NCBI GenBank assembly: GCA_049325415.1
Contig: JBMOLL010000040.1
Coordinates: forward strand, 11,859 to 75,858
Origin: Bacteroidota bacterium
GTDB taxonomy: Bacteria; Bacteroidota; Bacteroidia; Bacteroidales; GCA-2748055
Length of the DNA stretch: 64,000 bases
Direction of reading: 5' to 3'
The translations under genes were made by a program, and so were the position numbers. Below the pieces are notes generated by a model. It was not told the DNA's origin, made no database searches, and saw only the letters and a program-made list of their open reading frames with translations. Below are positions 28,437-36,768 of the stretch, one piece after another. The stretch's first letter is position 1. Every line of letters starts with the position of its first letter.

Positions 28437-29471
28437 CTACTGGTACCGCCAGCGGTTTGCCAGAGCCACCAGAGAAAGCATAACGGGCACCTCGACCAGA
28501 ACCCCGACTACAGTAACCAGGGCCGCAGGAGACTGGAGACCGAAAAGGGAGATAGCCACCGCAACAGCCAGTTCAAAAAAATTACTTGCTCCGATCATGG
28601 CAGCCGGGGCACAAACCGGATAAGGCAGAGCAAGTTTCCTTCCTGCAAACCATGTGAGCAGGAAGATAAAAAATGTCTGGATAATAAGTGGCACTGCAAC
28701 GAGCAGGATGATCAGGGGACTTTCAAGGATCTTCATCCCCTGGAAGGCAAAAAGAAGAATAAGGGTCAGAAGAAGAGCCACAATGGAGACAGGTCTGAAC
28801 AGGGGCAGAAATTGGTGACGGAACCACTCCTCCCCTTTTTTCCTGATCAGGAGCCTGCTGGTAATGAATCCTGCGGTCAGCGGTATCACCACGAAAGTCA
28901 CCACGCTGGTAATCAGCGTGCCTACCGGTATATGAATATTGGAGATTCCCATGAGAAGGCTGACAATAGGAACAAAGGCAATGAGGAGAATCAGATCGTT
29001 TACCGACACCTGTACAAGGGTATAATTTGGATCTCCGTCGCTGAGGTAACTCCAGACAAAGACCATCGCCGTACAGGGAGCGGCTCCCAGAAGAATCGCT
29101 CCGGCGAGGTATTCCCCGGCCTGTTCAGGCAGGATCCATGCCTGGTAGACTTTTGTAAAGAAAAGCCAGGCAAAAAAAGCCATTGAAAAGGGTTTGATGA
29201 GCCAGTTCACGGTGACGGTCAGAAGCACACCCCTGGGTTTCCTTGCAACATTTTTCAGGGTGGTGAAATCAACCTGGAGCATCATCGGGTAAATCATCAG
29301 CCAGATCAACACCGCAACGGGCAGGTTCACCCCGAAAAGTTCCATTTTGCTCATACTGCTGACTGCCGATCCGCCGTAACGCCCGACAACAATTCCGGCC
29401 CCGATACATAAAAGAACCCAGAGGCTCAGATATTTTTCGAACAAGGCGATCCTTTTGCTTTCTTTTTTCAT
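28437..29471 (-). CDS. acr3: Arsenite efflux transporter, ACR3 family
   Basis: 344 aa. LFEKYLSLWVLLCIGAGIV...LIWLMIYPMMLQVDF...LTVTVNWLIKPF, as in ACR3/ArsB(BART) proteins. Confidence 0.9.
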   Translation of the reverse strand: MKKESKRIALFEKYLSLWVLLCIGAGIVVGRYGGSAVSSMSKMELFGVNLPVAVLIWLMIYPMMLQVDFTTLKNVARKPRGVLLTVTVNWLIKPFSMAFFAWLFFTKVYQAWILPEQAGEYLAGAILLGAAPCTAMVFVWSYLSDGDPNYTLVQVSVNDLILLIAFVPIVSLLMGISNIHIPVGTLITSVVTFVVIPLTAGFITSRLLIRKKGEEWFRHQFLPLFRPVSIVALLLTLILLFAFQGMKILESPLIILLVAVPLIIQTFFIFLLTWFAGRKLALPYPVCAPAAMIGASNFFELAVAVAISLFGLQSPAALVTVVGVLVEVPVMLSLVALANRWRYQ

Positions 29472-29542
29472 AGGAAGGGTCTGGAAGTAATTATACCTTA
29501 TACAGTTAATGGACAGGCAGGTTGAAATGCAGCCCAGGTTTC

Positions 29543-29560
29543 TTTCTCATTTCTGAGAAA
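29543..29560. promoter_or_regulatory. Perfect 7-bp palindrome TTTCTCA-tttc-TGAGAAA in the arsM-acr3 gap (operator or small hairpin)
   Basis: Read directly. It lies in the only sizeable gap (95 nt) of the ars operon. Confidence 0.35.
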
Positions 29561-29566
29561 TAATAT

Positions 29567-30361
29567 TTACCGGCTACCTGTCAGGGTTATACTCATAATT
29601 CGATGGGCAGAACGCGTGTAATCCGTAAGTTCCCGGTCTGTCAGATACTCCCGGAGCACCTTTTCCGGGATGGAAATCACCCTTTCCTCCAGGATGGCTA
29701 TCCCTTGAAAACCGACATCCGAAATAAGTTCCATGTATTCAGTCTTAACCAGAGCCCCTGAAACGCACCCTGCATACAGGGTGGCGACCTCTTTCAGCCG
29801 GGCCGGCAGCCCGCCCGAAAGTACAACATCGGAAATGCAGAACTGCCCACCCGGTTTAAGTACCCTGTATATCTCACTGAATGCCCTTCTCTTGTCGGGT
29901 ACAAGATTCAGAACGCAGTTGCTGATCACCACATCAAAACTATGCGGTTCGAAGGGCATATTTTCAATATCCCCCAGTATAAAATTTACATTAGCGTACC
30001 CTGTTTTCTCCAGATTCTCATTGGCCTTTTCAAGCATGGCTTCTGTAAAGTCGAGCCCGGTGACCGTTCCACTCCCGCCTGTCAGTGACCGTGCGACAAA
30101 ACAATCATTTCCTGCGCCACATCCAAGGTCCAGCACATGATCTCCTGTTTTAATCGCAGAATACCCAACCGGTAGTCCGCAACCCAGACCGTAGTCGGCC
30201 TCCGGCTGATAGCCGGGTGAATCGGAATATGATCCTCCGGTCATAGAAAAGCCGGAGGTACCGCAGCAATTTACTGTGCTGCAACAACCGGTATCCGAAC
30301 CCCTTTCTGCAACGATACTGTACTTTTCCTTTACCAGGAGCTTCAGTTCTTCAGGTTTCAT
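29567..30361 (-). CDS. arsM: Arsenite S-adenosylmethionine methyltransferase
   Basis: 264 aa. Cys-rich N-terminus (GCCSTVNCCG), SAM motif VLDLGCGAGNDCF, SNCVLNLVPDK. Confidence 0.9.
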   Translation of the reverse strand: MKPEELKLLVKEKYSIVAERGSDTGCCSTVNCCGTSGFSMTGGSYSDSPGYQPEADYGLGCGLPVGYSAIKTGDHVLDLGCGAGNDCFVARSLTGGSGTVTGLDFTEAMLEKANENLEKTGYANVNFILGDIENMPFEPHSFDVVISNCVLNLVPDKRRAFSEIYRVLKPGGQFCISDVVLSGGLPARLKEVATLYAGCVSGALVKTEYMELISDVGFQGIAILEERVISIPEKVLREYLTDRELTDYTRSAHRIMSITLTGSR

Positions 30362-30783
30362 AGTAGCGGTAATATCTCTTTGGAATAAAAATCCAGAAAA
30401 GCTCTTCTGATCTCCTCCCTGACCCTGATGAACTCGCTTTTGATAAAGTCTTCATCCCCGGTAGCCTTTGACGGATCATCGAAGCCGATATGCAGTTTTT
30501 TCTTCACCCTCCCGTTGAATACCGGGCAACTTTCCCTGGCATCGTCGCAGACGGTCACCACAAAATCCCATTCCTGATCCAGGAATTTCTCCACCGGGTT
30601 CGGCCAGTGCTCTGAAATATCAATACCGGTCTCTCCCATCACTTCTATCGCCATCGGGTTCACTCTTTCGGCCGGTTCGGTACCGGCGGATGCAACCAGG
30701 ATCTCGGAATCAAAAAACTGCAGGAAACCATGGGCCATCTGGCTCCGGCAACTGTTTCCCGTACAAAGAATTAATATTTTCAT
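30358..30783 (-). CDS. arsC: Arsenate reductase, LMW-PTPase type (thioredoxin-coupled)
   Basis: 141 aa. P-loop CTGNSCRS plus the Cys pair in TVCDDARESCP (7-residue spacing, as in the Cys82/Cys89 relay of pI258/Bacillus ArsC). ATGA overlap with arsM. Confidence 0.9.
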   Translation of the reverse strand: MKILILCTGNSCRSQMAHGFLQFFDSEILVASAGTEPAERVNPMAIEVMGETGIDISEHWPNPVEKFLDQEWDFVVTVCDDARESCPVFNGRVKKKLHIGFDDPSKATGDEDFIKSEFIRVREEIRRAFLDFYSKEILPLL

Positions 30784-30857
30784 AACTGAATTTTAGACGA
30801 ATTCCCGAAGATACAATAATACAATCTGCGGTATATCAAAAGAATGTTAATCCTCCG

Positions 30858-31637
30858 TTAAGGATGGATCTTAAGGTACAGGCCACCCAGCAATTCCCTG
30901 TACCGGGTCCTTATCTCCTCCTCGGCCGGTACCATGGGTTTTACCGGTACCAGATCAGTAAGCTTTTCATAGGAAAGTCCGGCATTAAAGTAGGTTTCCA
31001 TCGTACCTTCCAGCATTTCCTTCACTGCGGTAAAAGCCTCTTCCCTGCTCATACCGAAGCCAATGGCAAGATCAAGCAGTTCCTGGAACTGGAACCAGAA
31101 ATAGGTATGTCCCATGGCACTGATCATGGCATATGCCTCGAGCAGGTCCTCTCTGACCTCGGGCATCGCCCCCAGGGGGCTGAATAACTTCAACAGGTCT
31201 TCTTTGACGGCCTGTCCGGCTTCAGGATGAAAGGCCACCGGGTTAAAACCCTTACAAGAATATGAAGCGGCATTGGGGATCATGCGGGCGATCCGTGTAT
31301 GGCCCGGGAGTGCCCCGGAAAGTGCCTGAAGGGTAATCTTAGGCGCAAGTGACAGGACCAGGGCATCCTTCTTAATCAAATGGGATATTTCCCCCAGACT
31401 GCCTGACAGAACAGGAGGGTGAAGAGCCAGCAATACAAGGTCAGAACCGGCAGCTGCAGCCGGATCGGTAGCAGAAACACTTACCCGGGGAAATTCCTTT
31501 TCAAGTAAGGTAAGAACCGGCAAACTGGTGTCGTAGACACTGATCTGCCCTGTTTTAACACCGGCCTTTTCAAATCCTTTAAGCAGGATGGTGGCAACCC
31601 GGCCTCCACCGATGAATCCGATTGATTTCATAACCAT
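30858..31637 (-). CDS. Pyrroline-5-carboxylate-reductase-family NAD(P)H oxidoreductase embedded in the ars operon
   Basis: 259 aa. N-terminal Rossmann IGFIGGGRVA and a ProC-like helical C-terminal half. Starts 3 nt after the arsP stop. Confidence 0.7.
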   Translation of the reverse strand: MVMKSIGFIGGGRVATILLKGFEKAGVKTGQISVYDTSLPVLTLLEKEFPRVSVSATDPAAAAGSDLVLLALHPPVLSGSLGEISHLIKKDALVLSLAPKITLQALSGALPGHTRIARMIPNAASYSCKGFNPVAFHPEAGQAVKEDLLKLFSPLGAMPEVREDLLEAYAMISAMGHTYFWFQFQELLDLAIGFGMSREEAFTAVKEMLEGTMETYFNAGLSYEKLTDLVPVKPMVPAEEEIRTRYRELLGGLYLKIHP

Positions 31638-31640
31638 TGT

Positions 31641-32681
31641 TTAAAGTAAAACATTAAATAAGTATCCGACAATTACAATTCCTCCGGCAACCACGCCGAC
31701 AAAGACGGCAATCAGCTGCCATTTCAGGACTTTCTTGAGGATAATGATCTCGGGAAGGCTAAGTCCGATCACCGACATCATAAAGGCGAGGGCAGTTCCG
31801 AGGGATACCCCTTTTTCGATCAGTACACTCACGATGGGAATGATCCCTGCCGCATTGGAATACAGGGGGATACCCACCAGGATGGCCAGAGGAACGGAGT
31901 ACCAGTTCCCTGCCCCGAGCGCTCCGGCCAGAAAATCATCGGGTACAAAGCCGTGGGCTCCCGCACCGATGGCGATACCGGCAATAATATAGATCCAGAT
32001 CTTTGAAACAATCTCTTTCACTGCGCTGAAACCCATATCCACTCTTTTCGACCAGCCTGGCTTCTCCTGCTCATCATCCATCTTACCTACCTTTACGGAA
32101 TACACCCAGTCGGCCACAAAGCGCTGCAGGTGCAGCTTTTCCAGGACGAACCCGGCAAGAATAGCAATAACTAGACCTGTGACCACATAAATCACCGCAA
32201 CCTTCCATCCGAAAAGGCCGATCAGCATCACAAGGGCCACTTCATTGATCATCGGGGCGGCGATCAGAAAGGAAAAGGTCACTCCCAGGGGAATGCCTGC
32301 TTCCACAAAACCCAGGAAGAGCGGAATAGCCGAACAGGAGCAGAAAGGTGTTACGATGCCCAGCAGCGCCGCCATTACATTTCCTATAAAAAGCGGCTTG
32401 CCTTCCAGTGCTTTTCTTGTTTTTTCGGGGGAGAAGAACGACCTCACAATCCCGACCAGGAAAATGATCAGCACCAGGAGGAGGAAGACCTTTGGAACTT
32501 CGTAGATAAAAAAGCGGAGAGCCTCTGTCAGGTGAGCCCCGGCTTTGAGTCCCGGGATATGGTCCACCACCAGGTCGGCCAGCTCATCGATGTACAGAAA
32601 AGCCACCACCCAGAGAGCCAGTAAAAACGGAACAGGTTTGAGTCCCGAAAACCGAAGTTTTGATAATATATTGATCTTCAT
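31641..32681 (-). CDS. arsP: ArsP-type permease (putative organoarsenical efflux)
   Basis: 346 aa polytopic protein with the TPFCSCSAIPLF motif typical of the 'predicted permease' ArsP family. Confidence 0.75.
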   Translation of the reverse strand: MKINILSKLRFSGLKPVPFLLALWVVAFLYIDELADLVVDHIPGLKAGAHLTEALRFFIYEVPKVFLLLVLIIFLVGIVRSFFSPEKTRKALEGKPLFIGNVMAALLGIVTPFCSCSAIPLFLGFVEAGIPLGVTFSFLIAAPMINEVALVMLIGLFGWKVAVIYVVTGLVIAILAGFVLEKLHLQRFVADWVYSVKVGKMDDEQEKPGWSKRVDMGFSAVKEIVSKIWIYIIAGIAIGAGAHGFVPDDFLAGALGAGNWYSVPLAILVGIPLYSNAAGIIPIVSVLIEKGVSLGTALAFMMSVIGLSLPEIIILKKVLKWQLIAVFVGVVAGGIVIVGYLFNVLL

Positions 32682-33392
32682 TTAATTAAAAATATTCCAA
32701 CTCACAATAATAAACCAGATCCCGGTACCGATGAATACGACAGCCACTATCCTTCTGAACCAGCGCTCGAATGTCCGGATCCTTTTGTACCAGTTCCCTA
32801 TGCCCTTTACCGTATAAGCCAGCAGCCAGGCAAAAAGAATAACCGGCAGACCGGTGGCTAGCGCATAGACCAGGGAGAGAAAGACTCCCGAGGTGCTCTG
32901 AACTATTAGCGGGATCATCATTCCGAAGAAAATCACACCACTGTATGGACAAAATGCAAGTGCAAAAAGTATCCCGAGCAACAAAGGACCCTGTTTGCCG
33001 CCCAGGGCAACCCTGTTGATCCAGTCCGAAAACCTTCTGTTGCCACCTGAACGCCAATGAATGATATCAAGCATAAAAATGCCAAAAACGATCAACAGGG
33101 GACCTAGAATTTTCTCACCATAGATCTGAAGCCACGACGACAGGTTGGCTGAAACGGCCGTATACCGCAGAAGAACTGCCAGTACAAAATAGGATATGGC
33201 TCTCCCCAGGGTATATATCAACCCATTGATGAAAACCTTCCTGCGGTTTTCTTCCCCGCTGCTGATAAACCCGATAGCTGTGATGTTGGTTGCCAGCGGA
33301 CAGGGGCTTATGGCCGTCATAAGTCCCAGCAATGCAGCTGAAAAGACCGGCATACTGCTGCCGGCTAACAGTCCGTTAAGTATTTCTTCCAT
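32682..33392 (-). CDS. CcdA/DsbD-like 2-Cys polytopic membrane protein (ArsG-like label in some annotations, from memory)
   Basis: 236 aa and about 6 TM segments. One Cys lies in each of two hydrophobic segments (AISPCPL and AFCPYSG), the CcdA/DsbD_2 hallmark. Confidence 0.65.
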   Translation of the reverse strand: MEEILNGLLAGSSMPVFSAALLGLMTAISPCPLATNITAIGFISSGEENRRKVFINGLIYTLGRAISYFVLAVLLRYTAVSANLSSWLQIYGEKILGPLLIVFGIFMLDIIHWRSGGNRRFSDWINRVALGGKQGPLLLGILFALAFCPYSGVIFFGMMIPLIVQSTSGVFLSLVYALATGLPVILFAWLLAYTVKGIGNWYKRIRTFERWFRRIVAVVFIGTGIWFIIVSWNIFN

Positions 33393-33396
33393 ACCA

Positions 33397-33810
33397 TCAC
33401 GGAGTCAGAAGCCGGTCGATCTCCTGTCTGAGCTTATCCCTGTACTTTTCCGGAGTCTGCCTGGCATAGAGAAAAGCTTCATTGGTCAGATTTATCTGCT
33501 TATCACCGCAGACAACCAGCAAGGTCTGACCACTGATATTAAAAGAGGCGGCTTTTGCCTTCCCCTCCTCCTCCTCAATATTATAAGAGGTGAAGGTAAC
33601 CACTTTGCCCTGATAGGACTCTACAAGCTCACGGGTAACATCTTCCACAGCCAGACAGGTGGCACAGCGACGGGTCAGGTGGAAATAATAAACTTCCACC
33701 TTCCCGGGATCCGGTGATCCGGAAACTTTAACTTCCCTGCCGGCTTCGGACTGACAGGCCGGGGTGATGGCAAGAAACAGAATTCCTGCCAGTACCAACT
33801 TCATTTTCAT
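33397..33810 (-). CDS. Exported thioredoxin-fold CxxC lipoprotein (ArsF-like label in some annotations, from memory)
   Basis: 137 aa. Signal/lipobox LFLAITPAC. CxxC in YYFHLTRRCATCLAVE. Confidence 0.65.
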   Translation of the reverse strand: MKMKLVLAGILFLAITPACQSEAGREVKVSGSPDPGKVEVYYFHLTRRCATCLAVEDVTRELVESYQGKVVTFTSYNIEEEEGKAKAASFNISGQTLLVVCGDKQINLTNEAFLYARQTPEKYRDKLRQEIDRLLTP

Positions 33811-33820
33811 TTTCTCTTCA

Positions 33821-34060
33821 TTAAAGGTTTTTGCTGATGATGCTTTTTACTTCGGTCAGGCCGGGAACCGTACCGCTTAAAACCACCTTTTCATCAATGA
33901 CCAGCCCGGGGGTCCGCATAATACCGTAGGCCATGATGTCGGAAATATCCTCCACCTTGGTGACACGGGCATCAATTCCCAGTTCCTTTACAGCCTCAAT
34001 CGCTGTTTTTTCCAATGTTTTGCACCGGGCACAGCCGGTTCCTAAAATTTTTATTTCCAT
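33821..34060 (-). CDS. Small cytoplasmic thioredoxin-fold protein (Thioredoxin_3 / redox-active disulfide protein 2 type)
   Basis: 79 aa. MEIKILGTGCARCKTLE...GIMRTPGLVIDEKVV, the classic 78-80-aa glutaredoxin-like family often seen in ars operons. Confidence 0.8.
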   Translation of the reverse strand: MEIKILGTGCARCKTLEKTAIEAVKELGIDARVTKVEDISDIMAYGIMRTPGLVIDEKVVLSGTVPGLTEVKSIISKNL

Positions 34061-34116
34061 ATATCTGTATGTTAGTTCGTCTTTCGTGAAACTACGAATG
34101 AATCGGTTAAAAAAAA

Positions 34117-34416
34117 TCAGAGTTGCATGAATTTCCGGAAGAGGCGCTGGGCTTCTTCCCAGTTCTCCCGGTTGAGACAGTATTTAATTTTCGGAGCTTC
34201 GGTCTCCCCCTGGATCAGCCCCGCATCCTTCAGTTCCTTCAGGTGCTGGGAAAGGGTCGATTTTACCACGGGCAGATCCTCCGACAGATCACCGCTGTAA
34301 CAGCAACTTTGCCGCGATAGCAGATCGATCACATACATCCGGATCGGGTGCCCGAGTGCCTTTGCATAACGTGCAGCCTTTTTTTGTTCTTCGGTAATGA
34401 TGCCCTTGACCTCCAT
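34117..34416 (-). CDS. arsR: ArsR/SmtB-family metalloregulator
   Basis: HTH ALGHPIRMYVIDLL, Cys cluster SCCYSGDL, STLSQHLKELKDAGLI. Start moved to MEVKG (34416). Confidence 0.85.
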   Translation of the reverse strand: MEVKGIITEEQKKAARYAKALGHPIRMYVIDLLSRQSCCYSGDLSEDLPVVKSTLSQHLKELKDAGLIQGETEAPKIKYCLNRENWEEAQRLFRKFMQL

Positions 34417-34417
34417 A

Positions 34418-34437
34418 TGTTCGTATTTTACCGAACA
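34418..34437. promoter_or_regulatory. Candidate ArsR operator: TGTTCG-N8-CGAACA palindrome abutting the arsR start codon
   Basis: A perfect 6-bp inverted repeat with an AT-rich 8-nt spacer, 2 nt upstream of the arsR ATG. Confidence 0.35.
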
Positions 34438-34536
34438 AAGGTAAACAAGTTCATGAAATAATAATACCTGCAATTGAGAATTTTACAGAACTTTTATTAT
34501 AATTTTGAAAGAACCAAACCTATAAACACAAATAGC

Positions 34537-35031
34537 ATGAAGAACGTAACCCTTACCCTGCTGGCACTATTCTTCCTTGCCGGCGCTGCTTTCTCTCAGG
34601 TATCGATGGTATCGGAAGGGGGCAAATTTAAGGCTACTTTTCCCGGAGAGTATTCCTACAGTGAACAGACCATCGACACCGATCTCGGGCCGGTACTGAT
34701 GCACATTTACATGTATGAAGAAGGTGATGAAGCCGCCTACATGATCTCTTACAACGATTACCCTGCCGATGCTTTTGATCAGTCGCTCTACAAGGAATCC
34801 CTGGAGGGAGCCAAAGAGGGTTTCACCAGCAACCTGGGTTTAGAAGAAGAATACAGTATTGACATCAGCATGCTCGGCTACCCCGGCGTGTATTTTAAAG
34901 CCACCGACTATGACATTTATGCAACCATGTATGTCATTATCAGGGGGAACAGGCTTTACCAGGTAGGTGTACTCCAGCAGTATTATTATGCTGATCCTTC
35001 CTTTCTGGAATCCTTTAAGCTCCTCGAATAA
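34537..35031 (+). CDS. Secreted protein of unknown function
   Basis: Start moved to MKNVTLTLLALFFLAGAAFSQ (signal peptide). 164 aa. No family recognised. Confidence 0.55.
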   Translation: MKNVTLTLLALFFLAGAAFSQVSMVSEGGKFKATFPGEYSYSEQTIDTDLGPVLMHIYMYEEGDEAAYMISYNDYPADAFDQSLYKESLEGAKEGFTSNLGLEEEYSIDISMLGYPGVYFKATDYDIYATMYVIIRGNRLYQVGVLQQYYYADPSFLESFKLLE

Positions 35032-35051
35032 AAGTACTTCAGCCGGCTGGC

Positions 35052-35762
35052 TCAGCCCAGCCGGTTGATCTCTTCCAGCCTGTTGCGGTCCAGGATCTGT
35101 ACATCTTTGCCATTCAGGCCAAGAATGCCTTCCTTTTCAAATTCACGGATATAGCGTGTTGCGCTCTCAGCCGTAATGGACGCAAAATCAGCTATATCCT
35201 GCCGGCTGAGATACTGAAAGATCTCTTCCTGAAGTAATACGGGATCGGACAGGTAAAGCAGGGCCGAAGCCAGTTTACCTCGCATTTGTTTGGCCGACAG
35301 GTTATGGATCAGCTCCAGGTAACGGTTTTCACCGCTGCAATTGCGGTTCAGGATCCGCATAGCGAAGGAGGCATTCTGCATGAAGAGTTGTTTCAGCGCT
35401 GTCTTGTCGATCATACAGACAGTAGCGTCCTTAATAGCCACAGCCGAGCAGTTATATACATTTTCCCCGAAGATGGAAGAAAATGCCATAAAATCTCCCG
35501 CTGCCACGATCCGGATATTCACCTGACGGGTACGGTCGGCCTGGAGATAGATGCGAGCCAGTCCGCTGACCATATAAAGGATATACGGTGCAAAGGCCCC
35601 CTGTTTAAAAATGGTTTCTCCTCTGAGATAGGTCAGATGGGTCTTCCTGCTGTCGAGAAAGGTCTGTTCCTCTGGCAGAAGGGCCTGGAAACAATCGGCG
35701 GTTTTACCGCATTCCTGACAGCAATCGTCTTCGGAAGTCACGGGATCTTTTTTTGAATTCAC
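35052..35762 (-). CDS. FNR-type Crp/Fnr regulator with N-terminal [4Fe-4S]-type Cys cluster
   Basis: 236 aa. C15-x2-C18-x5-C24 plus C116 reproduces the spacing of E. coli FNR C20/C23/C29/C122. Has a cNMP-binding-like barrel and a C-terminal HTH (SRQDIADFASITAESATRYI). Confidence 0.8.
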   Translation of the reverse strand: MNSKKDPVTSEDDCCQECGKTADCFQALLPEEQTFLDSRKTHLTYLRGETIFKQGAFAPYILYMVSGLARIYLQADRTRQVNIRIVAAGDFMAFSSIFGENVYNCSAVAIKDATVCMIDKTALKQLFMQNASFAMRILNRNCSGENRYLELIHNLSAKQMRGKLASALLYLSDPVLLQEEIFQYLSRQDIADFASITAESATRYIREFEKEGILGLNGKDVQILDRNRLEEINRLG

Positions 35763-35961
35763 CCTGCAAAAATAAGCAGAATTGCGCTTTTCTCCCCACG
35801 GTCATGCTGTTAAACTTAAACCGGCAGGGATTAACATCCTGCTTTCTGCATTCTGACAGCCAAAAAACTGTAAAATTTCAATCCGGGAACGTAATCCAGA
35901 CAGTCAGAACATTTTTACGGGGCAAAAAAGCCGGGTAATTTTGCAGGGTAAAAATGAAGTG

Positions 35962-36306
35962 ATGAAACGAATAGCCGTACCGGTAAGCGGAAATCTTCTC
36001 AGCGAGCACTTCGGGCAGTGTGAAGCTTACAGAATTTTCGTGATCGGGGAAGATGAAGTAAGCAGCGAACGGGTTGAGATCCCTCCGCAGATGGAAGTGA
36101 GTATGCTTCCCGGCTGGGCATCAGCACTGGGAATTACCGATATCATTGCCTATCGTGTGGATAAAAGCATCATCGCACTATTTACACCTTTCAGAATCAA
36201 TCTTTTCGTGGGGATACCCCGGGAAACGCCGGAGAAACTCATCGACGATTACCTGAACGGACGACTGAAATCCGATGAGCGGATCATCTCGGAAATTATC
36301 AAATGA
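35962..36306 (+). CDS. NifB/NifX-family (dinitrogenase FeMo-cofactor-binding fold) small protein
   Basis: MKRIAVPVSGNLLSEHFGQCEAYRIF...GITDIIAYRVD fits the ~115-aa NifX-like family. ATG at 35962 chosen over the tracked TTG. Confidence 0.7.
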   Translation: MKRIAVPVSGNLLSEHFGQCEAYRIFVIGEDEVSSERVEIPPQMEVSMLPGWASALGITDIIAYRVDKSIIALFTPFRINLFVGIPRETPEKLIDDYLNGRLKSDERIISEIIK

Positions 36307-36351
36307 AATTCATATTAATCTTATTATTAATTATTTAATATATCAACAGAC

Positions 36352-36699
36352 ATGAAATTTTTAAGAACAGCCATTCATGAAATTGAGTCTGCTGCCGAGC
36401 TGCAGAAGATCATCAACGAAAATGAAAATGTAATGGTATGCTGTGGCCGCATGGGGCCCATGTGTATCCCGGTTTACGACACTATGGAAGAGCTTGAGGG
36501 AGAACGTCCCGCTATCCGTTTCTTCTCCATGGCCTTCGATTCTCCCGAATCGGCCGCCATCCGCACTGCACCGCTTTGCCGCGGTTTCATGGGCCTGCCT
36601 TTTACGGTCTATTACAAAAACGGTGAGATGGTAAAGGCCACAACCAGCATCCAGAACAGGAGCCAGATTGTCTCCATCCTCGATGAATACCTGAGCTAA
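36352..36699 (+). CDS. Atypical thioredoxin-fold protein (CCGRMGPMC in place of WCGPC)
   Basis: 115 aa. Thioredoxin-like layout (..VMVCCGRMGPMCIP...LPFTVYYKNGEMV...) but a non-canonical active site. Confidence 0.65.
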   Translation: MKFLRTAIHEIESAAELQKIINENENVMVCCGRMGPMCIPVYDTMEELEGERPAIRFFSMAFDSPESAAIRTAPLCRGFMGLPFTVYYKNGEMVKATTSIQNRSQIVSILDEYLS

Positions 36700-36768
36700 G
36701 TGTAATACAGCCATGATCCCGTTTGTCCCGCCCCTGCGGGATGAGCGGGATTTTTAAAAAACTGAAAA

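Noticed and set aside
28251-29186. 311-aa plus-strand ORF antisense to acr3 (and 27902-28414 antisense to the oxoamine synthase)
   Set aside because: The composition is K/R/H/Q/E-rich nonsense and it crosses a strong bidirectional terminator. The opposite-strand genes have clear family signatures.
35043-35064. GC hairpin CCGGCTGG-ctcagc-CCAGCCGG between the convergent genes 34537-35031 and fnr-like, considered as a terminator
   Set aside because: It overlaps the last codons of the fnr-like gene and has no U-tract on either strand. It may still act as a bidirectional stop, but it is not supportable as a canonical terminator.
35762-35948. 10-bp inverted repeat CCCTGCAAAA / TTTTGCAGGG flanking the fnr-like / nifX-like intergenic region, considered as paired regulator sites
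   Set aside because: It has only 10 matching bp and lies 165 bp apart, with no resemblance to the TTGAT-N4-ATCAA FNR box. The chance probability in a region of this size is not negligible. It is noted only as a possible target for footprinting.
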